Assembly: GCA_964488255.1 (NCBI GenBank)
Contig: CAZAUR010000001.1
Span: forward strand, 195,244-259,243
Reading direction: 5' to 3'
DNA from: an uncultured Spirochaetaceae bacterium
Lineage (GTDB): Bacteria > Myxococcota_A > UBA9160 > UBA4427
DNA: 64,000 nt
Part shown: positions 26,572 to 36,392 of the stretch, piece by piece
Position numbering within the stretch: position 1 is the stretch's first letter
Layout of the letters: every line of letters begins with the position of its first letter
Position numbers and translations under genes: made by a program
The notes under the pieces: model-generated
Seen by the model: only the letters and a program-made list of their open reading frames with translations
Databases searched by the model: none
What the model was told of the DNA's origin: nothing

Positions 26572-28584
26572 ATGCCCCGTCTCTCCCCCCTGCTGTTCCT
26601 GACCCTGCTCGTCGCCGCCGCATCGGCGAACGCGGGGTCGTACGTGCAGCTCGGCGGCGCGGTCGTCGACCCGATCCTCTACACGGCGGCCCAGGGCGGC
26701 GGTTCGCATCCGTTTACGGGCGCGCTGATGCTCGGCGTCGACGCCTCCGGCGCGGACCTCTCGGGCGCGGACCTCCCGCTCGCGCATCTGGCGAGCGCGA
26801 ACCTGAACGGCGCCGACCTGACGAACGCCGATCTCACGGGGGCCGATCTGAACTCGGCCACCCTCGTGGGCACGACGGTCGCCGGGGCCGACTTCACCGG
26901 TGCGACCTTCCAGGCGACGGCGTCGAGTGGTCTGGTCGGGACGCCCGTCGCGCTGCCCGCCGGCTACGCCGCGCTCGGCGGACATCTGGTCGGGCCGGGC
27001 GTTTCGCTCGTCGGTGCCGACCTCTCTGGAGCCAACTTGTCGGGCTTCGATTTGACGAGCGCGTCGTTCGCCAATGCGAATCTGTCGGGCGCCGATCTGT
27101 CCGGCGCGGATCTCACCGGCGCGATCCTGGTGGTCGCGAACCTGACGGGCGCGAACCTGAACGGTGCGGACCTGACGGCGACGACGATGGGCGGGTCCAC
27201 GCTCACCAACGCAGATCTGACGAACGCCGTGCTCACGAACGCCGACCTCGCGGATGCCGTGCTGATCGGCTCGACGATCGCCGGCGCGGACTTCACGAAC
27301 GCGACCCTCGTCCGCACGACGTCGTCGGGCCTCGTCGGCGCGCCGCTGGCGTTCCCGTCGGCCTTCGCCCTGATCAACGGGCATATCGTCGGAGCCGGCG
27401 TGAGCATCATGGGCGCCGACCTGACGGGCGCGAATCTCGCAGGATTCGACCTCTCTGAGGCCGACCTCACGGATGTCGTCTTCGACGGCGCGAATCTCGA
27501 TGGTGCCGATCTGTCGGGCTCTTTCCTCCTCGGCGCCGATCTCATCGGCACGGGTCTCGTGGGAGCGGACCTGACCGGTGCGTTGGTGGCCGTGGCCGAT
27601 CTCACCAGCGCCGACCTCACGAACGCGGTCGCGACCGGCGCGATCTTCAACGTCTCCGCACTCACCGGGACGGTCGTCGCGGGAACGGATTTCACCGGCG
27701 CCTCGTTCGCGGCCACGACTTCGAGCGGTCTGGTAGGCGTACCGCTCGCATTGCCGGCGAGCTACGCGGTGGTGAACGGATATCTCGTTGGACCCAGCGT
27801 CTCGCTGGTCGGCGCCGATCTCTCGAGCGCGAACCTGGCAGGCTTCGATCTGTCGAACGCGGATCTGACCGGCGTGCTCTTCACGGGATCGAATCTCGCC
27901 GGCGTCGACTTGACCGACACGTTCCTGGTCGGCGGTGATCTGGTCGGGGCGAGTCTCGTCGGCGCGAACCTCTCGGGCCTGCTCCTGTCCGGCGCGAACC
28001 TCGCGAACGCCGATCTGACGAACGCCGTCGCGACCGGTGCCAGTCTGAACAACACGACGCTGAACGCGACGGTGATCGCCGGGACGGACTTCACGGGGGC
28101 CACCTTTGACGAGGCCACGTCGACCGGATTGGTCGGTGCGCCGCTCGCGATGCCTCCCGGCTACGTCGTGTGGAACGGCCACATCGTCGGGGCTGGAGTG
28201 CAGATCCCCTTCGCCGATCTCTCGGGCGCAGACCTGAGCGGCCTGGACCTGACGAGCGTGGACTTTTCCGGCGTCGACCTTTCGGGGGCGGATCTCACGG
28301 GTGTCGACCTGATGGCCGGGATCCTGGTGGGCGCCGACGTGTCCGGCACGCTCTTCCTGGGGGCGAGCCTCGCGGGCACGATCGACCTCTCGCTCACGAC
28401 CGGGGCGGCGCTCTATGACGCCGGGACCGATTTCGGGGCGACCGGCTTCGACCCGGTCGCCGCGGGCTGGGTGCTGAGCGGCCCGATGCCGCAGGTGCCC
28501 GGGCTCGGGCTCTGGGGCCTGATCGCACTCGTGGCGGTCGGGCTGGGAACGGCCCGCCGCCAGCTCGGTCGCGAGGAGGACTGA
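26572..28584 (+). CDS. Secreted pentapeptide-repeat protein, four modules, C-terminal TM/basic sorting tag
   Basis: Signal peptide MPRLSPLLFLTLLVAAASANA. Long runs of A(D/N)L(S/T)G pentapeptides. The 133-aa modules start at 26875, 27274, 27673 and 28072. The tail is VPGLGLWGLIALVAVGLGTARRQ. Confidence 0.85.
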   Translation: MPRLSPLLFLTLLVAAASANAGSYVQLGGAVVDPILYTAAQGGGSHPFTGALMLGVDASGADLSGADLPLAHLASANLNGADLTNADLTGADLNSATLVGTTVAGADFTGATFQATASSGLVGTPVALPAGYAALGGHLVGPGVSLVGADLSGANLSGFDLTSASFANANLSGADLSGADLTGAILVVANLTGANLNGADLTATTMGGSTLTNADLTNAVLTNADLADAVLIGSTIAGADFTNATLVRTTSSGLVGAPLAFPSAFALINGHIVGAGVSIMGADLTGANLAGFDLSEADLTDVVFDGANLDGADLSGSFLLGADLIGTGLVGADLTGALVAVADLTSADLTNAVATGAIFNVSALTGTVVAGTDFTGASFAATTSSGLVGVPLALPASYAVVNGYLVGPSVSLVGADLSSANLAGFDLSNADLTGVLFTGSNLAGVDLTDTFLVGGDLVGASLVGANLSGLLLSGANLANADLTNAVATGASLNNTTLNATVIAGTDFTGATFDEATSTGLVGAPLAMPPGYVVWNGHIVGAGVQIPFADLSGADLSGLDLTSVDFSGVDLSGADLTGVDLMAGILVGADVSGTLFLGASLAGTIDLSLTTGAALYDAGTDFGATGFDPVAAGWVLSGPMPQVPGLGLWGLIALVAVGLGTARRQLGREED

Positions 28585-28629
28585 CTCCGAGGTCTCTCGT
28601 GACTCCCGGTTTTTCGTGGCAACTGGATT

Positions 28630-28648
28630 CAGTATCCATTAGATACTG
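28630..28648. promoter_or_regulatory. Palindromic operator candidate upstream of the HxlR gene
   Basis: CAGTATC-catta-GATACTG ends 6 nt before the ATG at 28655, in a locally AT-richer stretch. Confidence 0.35.
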
Positions 28649-28654
28649 ATCTCG

Positions 28655-29410
28655 ATGCCCGAAATGGTTTCCGAGAATCGTGCCGCCGTGGGCGGCGAGG
28701 CCGGGGCGAGCACGCGCCGCGGCGAGATCCTGCGTCCGGCGCAGATCTTCGACCCCGTGGCCCGCGCCCTCGACCTGCTCGGCGACCGCTGGACCCTGGT
28801 CCTGGTGCGCCAGCTGCTCGGGGGTCCCAAGGGCTTCCAGGAGCTGCGCGTTCGGACGGGCATCGCGCCGAAGGTGCTGTCCAGTCGGCTGCGTCAGCTC
28901 CGCTCCGACGGCTTCGTCGACACCGAGGAAAAGGGTAGTCGCTCGCTCTATCGCGCGACCGACAAGGGTCGGACCCTCGCGCCGATCATCTCGGCGATCG
29001 CGAGCTGGTGGGTGCGGGAAGGCATGGGTGTCCGCGAAGTCGACGCCGTCCAGTTCACCGAGACCTCCGCGCTCTCCGTCCTGGAGGCGCTGCCCAACCT
29101 GCTGCGCGAAGAGCGGGCCCGCGGCGCGCGCGTCGTGTTCGAGATCCGACTGTCGGGTGAGGGCGGTGGTGTGTGGACGGTCGAGATCGACGACGGCGAG
29201 TGCAGCGTGCGCGAGGAATTCGCCGCCGGCGCCGACGTGCGATACACGGCGACGGCGCGCGACTGGTGCGCCGTCGCGATCGGTCTGCTCGACGCGAAGG
29301 AAGCCGTGAAGCAGGGTCTCCTCCACAAGGAGGGCGGTCCGCAGGCGATGGACGAGTTCTTCTTCCAGGTCGGGCGACCGCGAGCGATCCAGATCGCGAC
29401 CGACGATTGA
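28655..29410 (+). CDS. HxlR-family winged-helix regulator fused to an SCP2-like sterol/lipid-binding domain
   Basis: DRWTLVLVRQLLGGPKGFQELRVRTGIAPKVLSSRLRQL is HxlR-type. The C-terminal half (VVFEIRL..GGGVWTVEIDDGE...DAKEAVKQGLL) is SCP2-like. Confidence 0.75.
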   Translation: MPEMVSENRAAVGGEAGASTRRGEILRPAQIFDPVARALDLLGDRWTLVLVRQLLGGPKGFQELRVRTGIAPKVLSSRLRQLRSDGFVDTEEKGSRSLYRATDKGRTLAPIISAIASWWVREGMGVREVDAVQFTETSALSVLEALPNLLREERARGARVVFEIRLSGEGGGVWTVEIDDGECSVREEFAAGADVRYTATARDWCAVAIGLLDAKEAVKQGLLHKEGGPQAMDEFFFQVGRPRAIQIATDD

Positions 29411-29496
29411 TTCGACGCCCGCGCAGACGGGCGAGGCAGAGAGACCGAACAACCCGGGTCGACCCGCGAGGGCGGCCACGAAAAGGAGAATCCCCC

Positions 29497-30591
29497 GTGA
29501 TCTCATTTGGAATGTCCGAAGAGCAGGAGCTCGTGCGCGATGCGATGCGCGAGTTCGCTGCCGACGCGATCCGACCGATCGCGCGAGATAGCGACGAGGC
29601 GGCGGAAGTCCCCGCCGACTTCCTCGAGACGGCCTGGACCCTGGGCCTCACGAGCACCCAGATTCCCGAACGGTTCGGCGGCGCCGGCGAGGAGCGATCC
29701 CTCGTCACGAACGCCATCCTGCTCGAGGAGCTCGCTCACGGCGACGCGTCCCTGGCGATCGCGGCGGTCGCTCCGTCGCTCTTCGCGAATGCGGTCGTCG
29801 ATCACGGCACCGATGACCAGAAGCAGGCGCTGCTGCCGCTCTTCTGCGGTGAGTCCTATGCGACGGGCGCCGTCGCCCTGACCGAAGCCGGCCCCCTCTC
29901 CGACGCCGCGCGTCCGCGCACGGAAGCGGAGCAGAAGGGGGAGAACTTCATCCTCTCGGGTCGCAAGACCTTCGTCGCCATGGGCGATCGCGCGAGTCAT
30001 TTTCTGGTGACGGCGTGCCTCGGTGAAGACGTCGCCGCCTTCGTAGTCCCTCGCGACGCGGCAGGCCTCACGGTCACCGACGTCGAGCGGAAGATGGGAC
30101 TGCACGCGCTGCCCACGACCGGCATCGACCTCGAGCGTGTCGAGGTCGGCCCCGAAGCGCTCCTCGGTGGACCCGAAGGCGCGGACGTGCAGGCGATCCT
30201 GAATGCATCGCGCGTCGGTCTCGCGACGGTCATGCTCGGCATGTCCCGCGCCGTGCTCGAATACTGCGTGCCCTACACCAAGGACCGCGTGGCCTTCGAC
30301 GAGCCGATTTCGAAGAAGCAGTCGATCGCGTTCCGGCTCGCCGAGATGCACGTCGAGCAACATGCGCTGCGCCAGCTGGTCTGGCAGGGCGCGAGCCTGC
30401 TCGAGCACGACGAGGACGCGACGAAGGCGGCCTGGCAGGCGCGTTCGTACGCGGCGGAGAAGAGCATGTGGATCGCCGACAATGGCGTCCAGATCCTGGG
30501 CGGCCACGGCTTCATCCGTGAGCACCCCGTCGAGATGTGGTTCCGCAACGCGCGGACCCTCGGCGTCATGGAAGGACTTGTTTGCCTCTAG
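29497..30591 (+). CDS. Acyl-CoA dehydrogenase
   Basis: ACAD fold motifs (ALTEAG..SD, ILGGHGFIREHPVEMWFRNAR). GTG at 29497 with AGGAGA 7 nt upstream. Confidence 0.9.
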   Translation: MISFGMSEEQELVRDAMREFAADAIRPIARDSDEAAEVPADFLETAWTLGLTSTQIPERFGGAGEERSLVTNAILLEELAHGDASLAIAAVAPSLFANAVVDHGTDDQKQALLPLFCGESYATGAVALTEAGPLSDAARPRTEAEQKGENFILSGRKTFVAMGDRASHFLVTACLGEDVAAFVVPRDAAGLTVTDVERKMGLHALPTTGIDLERVEVGPEALLGGPEGADVQAILNASRVGLATVMLGMSRAVLEYCVPYTKDRVAFDEPISKKQSIAFRLAEMHVEQHALRQLVWQGASLLEHDEDATKAAWQARSYAAEKSMWIADNGVQILGGHGFIREHPVEMWFRNARTLGVMEGLVCL

Positions 30592-30600
30592 CGAGGCGGC

Positions 30601-30690
30601 GCCGCGCGCCTCTTTCGGTCGGTGCTTGCGCACCTCTCGACGCGATCCCTGGCGGGACGCGTCTTGCGCTGAGGGCTCCTCTCGGCACCG
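30601..30690 (-). repeat. Degenerate REP-like element (locus D)
   Basis: The minus strand reads GGAGCCCTCAGCGCAAGACGCG-...-CGCGTCGAGAGG...GAGGCGCGCGGCGCC. It lies between the two ACAD genes. Confidence 0.6.
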
Positions 30691-30733
30691 ACGCCTAACG
30701 AGAACTGCTCGCCGGCGGCCGACGAGCCGGGCG

Positions 30734-31936
30734 ATGGAGAATGACATGATCGATTTTCGACTGACAGAGACGGACGAAGCCCATCTTGCGCGGACCTTCG
30801 CCGAGGGCGAGATCATTCGCCGCTATGCGCGCGAAGTGGACGAAAACGAGGCGGAGATGCCGCCGATGGTGTTGCCGGAGGCGGAAGAGTTCTACGCGAA
30901 CGCACCCGCGCTGCCCGAGGTGGGCGCCGAGGACACCCAGGGGCCGGTGATGATGCTGCTGCAGATCATGGCCGGGAACTGGGGCGACTACTCGGTTCGC
31001 CTGCGCCGCAACACGAGCGGCGGTCTCGGTAACGCGGCGCTCTCCGCCGCGGGCAACGACGACCAGAAGGCGAAGTGGGGCGGCATGCTCCTCTCGATGG
31101 CGATCACCGAGCCGGGCTGCGGCTCCGATCCCTCCCGCGTGTCGACGACCGCCGTGCTCGACGAAGAGACGAACGAGTGGATCATCAACGGAGAGAAGAT
31201 CTTCGTGACGACGGGCATCCGCGCGGAAGGCGTGGTGATCTGGGCGACGATCGACAAGAGCGCGGGCCGTGCCGGCATCAAGTCGTTCCTCGTCGAGAAG
31301 GGCACGCCCGGCTTCGACGTCCCGCACAAGGAGAAGAAGCTCGGCATTCGCGCGGACGACACGGCGGCGTACGTCTTCAGCGACTGCCGCATCCCGCGCG
31401 AGAACCTGCTCGGCCTCGACGAGTCGATCCCGAAGGCCAGCTCCGGCGGCTTCCGCGGCGTGATGAAGACCTTCAACATGACGCGGCCGGCGACGGCAGC
31501 GATGGGTCTCGGCTGCGCGTGGGCGGCGATCGACCTCACGCGTGAAGCCCTCGAGGAGGCGGGCGTCGTGGTGGACTACACGGCCGGCCCCGGCGGCCTC
31601 GGTCGACTCTCCGCCGCGGCGGAGAAGTTCATGCGGCTCGAGGCGCTATTCGAGGCGTCGAAGCTCGCCACGCTCCAGTGTGGATGGATGGCCGGCAAGG
31701 GCCTGCCGAACAACATGGAGTCGTCGGTCTGCAAGGCCCATGCGGGCGGCGCGGTCCGGCAGATCACCCAGGGCTGCATCGAGATCCTCGGATCGATCGG
31801 CGCGAGTCGCGAGTTGCTCCTCGAGAAGTGGATGCGCGACAGCCGCATCACCGACATCTACGAGGGCACGGGCGAGATCCAGCGCCTGATCATCGCGCGC
31901 GGTCTGCTCGACTACACTCGGCAGGACCTCAAGTAG
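30734..31936 (+). CDS. Acyl-CoA dehydrogenase
   Basis: AITEPGCGSD, the central beta domain and YEGTGEIQRLIIAR near the C-terminus. ATG at 30734 (alternative at 30746). Confidence 0.9.
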   Translation: MENDMIDFRLTETDEAHLARTFAEGEIIRRYAREVDENEAEMPPMVLPEAEEFYANAPALPEVGAEDTQGPVMMLLQIMAGNWGDYSVRLRRNTSGGLGNAALSAAGNDDQKAKWGGMLLSMAITEPGCGSDPSRVSTTAVLDEETNEWIINGEKIFVTTGIRAEGVVIWATIDKSAGRAGIKSFLVEKGTPGFDVPHKEKKLGIRADDTAAYVFSDCRIPRENLLGLDESIPKASSGGFRGVMKTFNMTRPATAAMGLGCAWAAIDLTREALEEAGVVVDYTAGPGGLGRLSAAAEKFMRLEALFEASKLATLQCGWMAGKGLPNNMESSVCKAHAGGAVRQITQGCIEILGSIGASRELLLEKWMRDSRITDIYEGTGEIQRLIIARGLLDYTRQDLK

Positions 31937-32069
31937 GCGCGTCTGTGCCTCGGCTCCGACGATGGGCCCCGTCCGGACTTCCGGGCGGGGCCCTCTTCGT
32001 TGGGCCACGCGTGAGAGGGGCATCCGATGCCGGATCAAGCGGCGCCCCCGTCCCACCGATACGCCGCCC

Positions 32070-32579
32070 ATGGAGCAGCTCGCGTCCCTCACGACCTGGA
32101 TCGAGGCCAGTCGTCACCACTTCGCGCTACAGATCGCCGCGTCGGTGATCTGTGGGGCGATCGTCGGCGTCGAGCGCCAGCTCCGGAACAAGGCGATCGG
32201 GATTCGCACGAGCATCCTGATCTGCCTCGCGACGATGGCGTTCATCCGCCTGGGCGCGGACCTCTCCGCGGACCACGGGCTCGCGGATCCGACCCGCGTC
32301 CTCGGGCAGGTCGTGACCGGCGTCGGCTTCCTCGGCGCGGGTGTCATCCTCGCGAAGGGCGGTGCGATCGTCGGCGTGACTTCGGCGGCCGTCGTCTGGA
32401 TGCTCGCTGCGATCGGCAGCACGATCGGTGCGGGGCGCCCGCTCGAAGCGGGCGGCTTCTCGTTGAGCGTGGTCGTGATCCTGATCGGCGTCCGGAACCT
32501 CGAAGCGATGTTCAAGCGACTCGCCGGCGGATCCGACGAGCCCGACGCACCGGGCGACGAAGAGCGCCCGGCGTTCTGA
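32070..32579 (+). CDS. MgtC/SapB-family membrane protein
   Basis: GVERQLRNKAIGIRTSILICL...VTGVGFLGAGVI, typical of MgtC. Confidence 0.85.
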   Translation: MEQLASLTTWIEASRHHFALQIAASVICGAIVGVERQLRNKAIGIRTSILICLATMAFIRLGADLSADHGLADPTRVLGQVVTGVGFLGAGVILAKGGAIVGVTSAAVVWMLAAIGSTIGAGRPLEAGGFSLSVVVILIGVRNLEAMFKRLAGGSDEPDAPGDEERPAF

Positions 32580-32592
32580 ATCGCTCCGCGAT

Positions 32593-33537
32593 TCAGGCTC
32601 GGCGCGCGAGGATCCCGCAGGTTCGCCCGAGCGATGCCTGCGCGAGGGCGCGGTAGAGGTCGCCGAGCTCCGCGAGTCGTCCCGCATCGATCAACGTGCG
32701 CTCGAAGTGCATGCGACGACCGTGCGCGGCCTTGCCCACGTCCGGGCGTCCGACGTAGTCGTCGCCCATCAGCAGGAACATCTCCATCGGGAACGAGGCG
32801 ACTCGATCGAGCTCCACGAGTCCGTGCCGCGCGAGCACGCCCGCCAGGCTCTCGTAGTCGAAGTAGTTGAGGTGGTGATCCGGAGCGATCCACCAGGCCG
32901 GCTTGTCGAGGTACTCGCGCGCGGCCTCCTGGAAGGCGTTGAAGTCGTTCGGGACCTCGATGAAGACGACGCCGCCGGGCGCCAGCAGCTCGGCGATCTT
33001 CGCGACGCAGGCCTCGGGGTCGAGCACGTGCTCGAGGACCTGGGCGCTGTGGATCGCGTCGAACCGCGGCGCGTCGGCCGGCGGGTAGTCGAGCAGGTCA
33101 CCGCAGAAGATCTCGAGGCCGTAGTGCTCGCGGCCGAAGCCCGCGGCGCGCGGCGAGGGCTCGATGCCGCGGGCGTCCCAGCCGTGCTGGTGGAAGTGAT
33201 CGAGGAGGAACCCGCCGGAGCAGCCCACGTCGAGGAGCCGGCGACGGTCCGCTGGTAGCGCTGCCTCCATCATCTCGCGCCGCAGGGTCCAGATCGCGTC
33301 CCAGTACGGGCGCTCCGCCTGCATGTCGCTGAGATAGGTCGACTTGTCCTCTTCGTAGAACTGCTCGGAGTAGAGCTGCTTCAATGACTCCGGCGCCGGG
33401 CGCGGCCAGACCTGGAGATAGCCGCCGGGAGCGCGAAGGAGCTCGACGGGGCCGTCGATGCCCTCGATGCGGGCACCGGGAGCGCGCTCGCGGGCGAGCC
33501 GTCGCGGGCGCGTCGCAGGGATCGTGGTCGGAGACAT
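32593..33537 (-). CDS. Class I SAM-dependent methyltransferase
   Basis: LLDVGCSGGFLLD (motif I) and LAPGGVVFIEVPN. The ATG at 33537 was verified. Confidence 0.8.
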   Translation of the reverse strand: MSPTTIPATRPRRLARERAPGARIEGIDGPVELLRAPGGYLQVWPRPAPESLKQLYSEQFYEEDKSTYLSDMQAERPYWDAIWTLRREMMEAALPADRRRLLDVGCSGGFLLDHFHQHGWDARGIEPSPRAAGFGREHYGLEIFCGDLLDYPPADAPRFDAIHSAQVLEHVLDPEACVAKIAELLAPGGVVFIEVPNDFNAFQEAAREYLDKPAWWIAPDHHLNYFDYESLAGVLARHGLVELDRVASFPMEMFLLMGDDYVGRPDVGKAAHGRRMHFERTLIDAGRLAELGDLYRALAQASLGRTCGILARRA

Positions 33538-33763
33538 GGAACTCCCTTCGCGGTCGGTGTTCAGCGTGAAACGGGCGGCGTTTCGATCTGAAATGCGGGC
33601 GTGCACCGGCCTCCGCCTCCGCAATCCTGCGGCCGCGAGAGGCGGTTTCGTTCCGGTCGAAGACGATGGATGCAAGCGGGGTGCCGCTCAGTTTCCGGTG
33701 GCGCCGCTGGGTTATCGTGGCGACGCCACTTTCCCCACCGGGTCGCCGACCCGCGGAGTCCAC

Positions 33764-35134
33764 GTGTCGTCCCCGGATCCGAGCGTCCCGCCCGCCGCCG
33801 AATCGCAGACCTTCTCGCCCCGCTACACGCTCTACGTTCTCGTTCTCGTCCTGCTCACGATGGTCTTCAACAACATCGATCGCACGATGTTGTCGATCGT
33901 CGTCGAGGACGTGAAGTCGGAGTTCCAGCTGTCCGACACCGAGATCGGGTTCCTGCTCGGTCCGGCCTTCGCGATCGTCTACGTGTTCCTGGTTCTTCCG
34001 GTCGGGCGTTATGCGGACACGGTCGGCGCCCGTCGGAGCATCATCTCGACGTGTCTCTTTCTATGGAGCTTGTTCACCCTCGCGACGGGATTCGTCTCGT
34101 CGTACGCGCAGCTCGCGCTGATGCGAATGGGCGTCGGCGTCGGCGTCGGCGAGGCGGGTGCGACCGCGCCGGCGGTCTCGATGCTGTCGGACTATCTGCC
34201 GCCCGAGCGTCGCGCGCGGGGCATGTCCGTCATCTCGATGGGTGCAGTGATCGGAATGGGGATCGGCATGATGGCCGGAGGGTGGATCTCCCAGTCCTTC
34301 GGGTGGCGGGGGTCGTTCATCGCCGCCGGCATCCCGGGAATCGTCCTTGCGATCGTGTTCCGCCTGACGGTCAGGGAACCGCCGCGCGGCGGGAGCGAGG
34401 GACGCACCAGCTCGGAGGCGGGCGATTTCCTGCCGAATCTCAAGGCGCTCTTCGGGACCCGCACCTACCTCTTCATCCTGTCGGCCAACGCCTTCACGCT
34501 GTTCGCGTCCATGGGTCGGAACCTCTGGGAGCCGGCGTTCCTGATGCGGACCTACGAGATGGGGCAGTTCCACGCCGGCACATGGTATTTTCTGACGAGC
34601 CCGCTGCCGTCCATGCTGGGCATCTTCCTGGGCGGGTACTTCGCGGATCGCTTCGGCGCCAACGACAAGCGCTGGTATCTCTGGGTGCCTGCGTTGGGCC
34701 TCCTGATCAGTCCGCCGATCCTCGTGGCCTTCCTGCTCTGGCCGACGACGCACATGATCCAGATGCCCGGGTTCCTGGCGGGAACGATGTTCGCGGTGAT
34801 GCCGGTCGCACTCTTGTGGAGCGTGGTCGGCTCGGTCCTCGGTGGTTGGTTCACGGCGCCGTTCATGTCCACGACCCAGGGCGTCGTGCCGCTCCGCATG
34901 CGCGCCTTCGCCGCGGCGATCTCGACGCTGCTCTCGACGCTGATCGGGCTCGCTGGCGGTCCGCTGGTCGTCGGCGCGCTCGCTGACGCGCTCGCGCCCG
35001 AATACGGGACCGACGCGCTTCGTTATGCGCTGCTCTTCCCGACACTCATCCCGATGATCAGCGGCGTCATCTGCCTCGCCGGGGCGAGCCGTGTGGCCGC
35101 CGACCTCGAACGCTCTCGGACGTTCGACGGCTGA
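33764..35134 (+). CDS. MFS transporter
   Basis: Twelve-TM-like profile with GRYADTVGARR (MFS loop 2-3 motif). GTG at 33764 with GGAG 5 nt upstream. Confidence 0.85.
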   Translation: MSSPDPSVPPAAESQTFSPRYTLYVLVLVLLTMVFNNIDRTMLSIVVEDVKSEFQLSDTEIGFLLGPAFAIVYVFLVLPVGRYADTVGARRSIISTCLFLWSLFTLATGFVSSYAQLALMRMGVGVGVGEAGATAPAVSMLSDYLPPERRARGMSVISMGAVIGMGIGMMAGGWISQSFGWRGSFIAAGIPGIVLAIVFRLTVREPPRGGSEGRTSSEAGDFLPNLKALFGTRTYLFILSANAFTLFASMGRNLWEPAFLMRTYEMGQFHAGTWYFLTSPLPSMLGIFLGGYFADRFGANDKRWYLWVPALGLLISPPILVAFLLWPTTHMIQMPGFLAGTMFAVMPVALLWSVVGSVLGGWFTAPFMSTTQGVVPLRMRAFAAAISTLLSTLIGLAGGPLVVGALADALAPEYGTDALRYALLFPTLIPMISGVICLAGASRVAADLERSRTFDG

Positions 35135-35143
35135 GGTCCCGAG

Positions 35144-35977
35144 TCAGCGCAACGCCGGCCAGAGTCGGCGTGGCGTCTCCGAGAGGCATGTCTCGGCGTC
35201 GGCGTCGGAGAGCGATCCGAAGGCGCGGCGGGCGAGGTCGACCAGCGCGGCGTACGGCCGGTCGTGGGTCTGGCAATAGTCCGAGCCCCACATCAGTCGC
35301 TCGGCTCCGAACCCACCGACCAGCGCGCGCACCGTCGCTGCGGGGTCGCCCTCGTCCAGGTTGTGGGTCGAGACTTTGAGATGGAGCGCGTCGAAGCGGG
35401 CCAGGGCGAAGAGCCGTTCGCGCGCGCCCGGATCGCCGAGCGCGAAGGCGCAGTGGTCGAGGGAGACCGGGGTGTCCGGGAAGCGCTCGAGCACGTGCTC
35501 GAGCTCCTCGAGCTGGTGGGGCAGGATCGTGACGATCACGTGGGCGCCGCGCTCGCGCGCGACCTCCCAGAGGCGATCGGTCGCGCTCGCCGTCAGCCAG
35601 GACGGACCCAATCGGGACAGCGCGAAGAGCCGCACGCCCTGCATCGCGCGCTCGTCGAGCCAATAGGCGAGGGTCGACGGGGCGTCGGCGGCTTCGGCGT
35701 CGATCGCGCACGCGGACACGAAGCGGCCTGCGTTGGCCGCGGCGGCATCTGCGGCGTAGTCGTTGTCCCAGGTGTAGGCCCCGACGCCCTGCACGAGGAT
35801 CGCCTGCGCGACCCCGCTCGCGTCCATCTCGCGCGCGAGGTCGTCCGCGCTCGCGGGTCCCTCCCGGTACCACTCCCCCGGCAGGTCACGCGGGTTCAGC
35901 GGGTAGCGGTCCTCGTCCGGGGAGACGACGTGCGTATGGCAATCGACGATCGGAACGTCGGTCGGTTCGGACGCCAA
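35144..35977 (-). CDS. Amidohydrolase-2 family metal-dependent hydrolase (TIM barrel)
   Basis: N-terminal VDCHTHV and C-terminal WGSDY motifs. TTG start 10 nt after the upstream cupin stop. Confidence 0.8.
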   Translation of the reverse strand: MASEPTDVPIVDCHTHVVSPDEDRYPLNPRDLPGEWYREGPASADDLAREMDASGVAQAILVQGVGAYTWDNDYAADAAAANAGRFVSACAIDAEAADAPSTLAYWLDERAMQGVRLFALSRLGPSWLTASATDRLWEVARERGAHVIVTILPHQLEELEHVLERFPDTPVSLDHCAFALGDPGARERLFALARFDALHLKVSTHNLDEGDPAATVRALVGGFGAERLMWGSDYCQTHDRPYAALVDLARRAFGSLSDADAETCLSETPRRLWPALR

Positions 35978-35987
35978 GGTCGCGGGC

Positions 35988-36392
35988 TCAGAGCTCGGTC
36001 GTCGCTTCGCCGAGCCGGATCGTGAGGAACTCCATGCCCTCCGGTCCGCAGGTGAAGCCGTAGCGGTTCTTCGCCGGGATCACGATCGTGTCGTCGGCGG
36101 AGGCCTTGCCGAAGTCGTCGTCGAAGACGCAGCCGCCGGCGAGGACGATCAGCATCTCGTCATGATTGTGGTGGTGGGGCGGGACGCGGTAGCCGGCGGG
36201 CAGCTGCGACCGGTTCATGAAGAAGCCGCCTTCGCCGCGCACGATCCTCTTCCTGCGCGCGCCGACCTTCTTCGCCTCCTCGACCAGCTCCTTCGGCGGT
36301 GCCGTACCCGGCGCCGACGTCTCGAGCGGCTTGTCCCACTCGACCTCCGAATACGTGAGGATCTTCGCGGGCGCCGGGGTGGAGTCGCTCAA
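35988..36392 (-). CDS. Cupin-domain protein
   Basis: Metal motif PPHHHNHDEMLIVLAG. The TTG start overlaps the upstream stop (TTGA at 36389-36392). Confidence 0.7.
   Translation of the reverse strand: MSDSTPAPAKILTYSEVEWDKPLETSAPGTAPPKELVEEAKKVGARRKRIVRGEGGFFMNRSQLPAGYRVPPHHHNHDEMLIVLAGGCVFDDDFGKASADDTIVIPAKNRYGFTCGPEGMEFLTIRLGEATTEL

Noticed and set aside
26875-28470. The periodic nucleotide repeats in this interval as a CRISPR-like or non-coding tandem array.
   Set aside because: The periodicity is the 15-nt pentapeptide unit and the 399-bp module of a single long ORF with a signal peptide and coding-like composition. There is no repeat-spacer structure.
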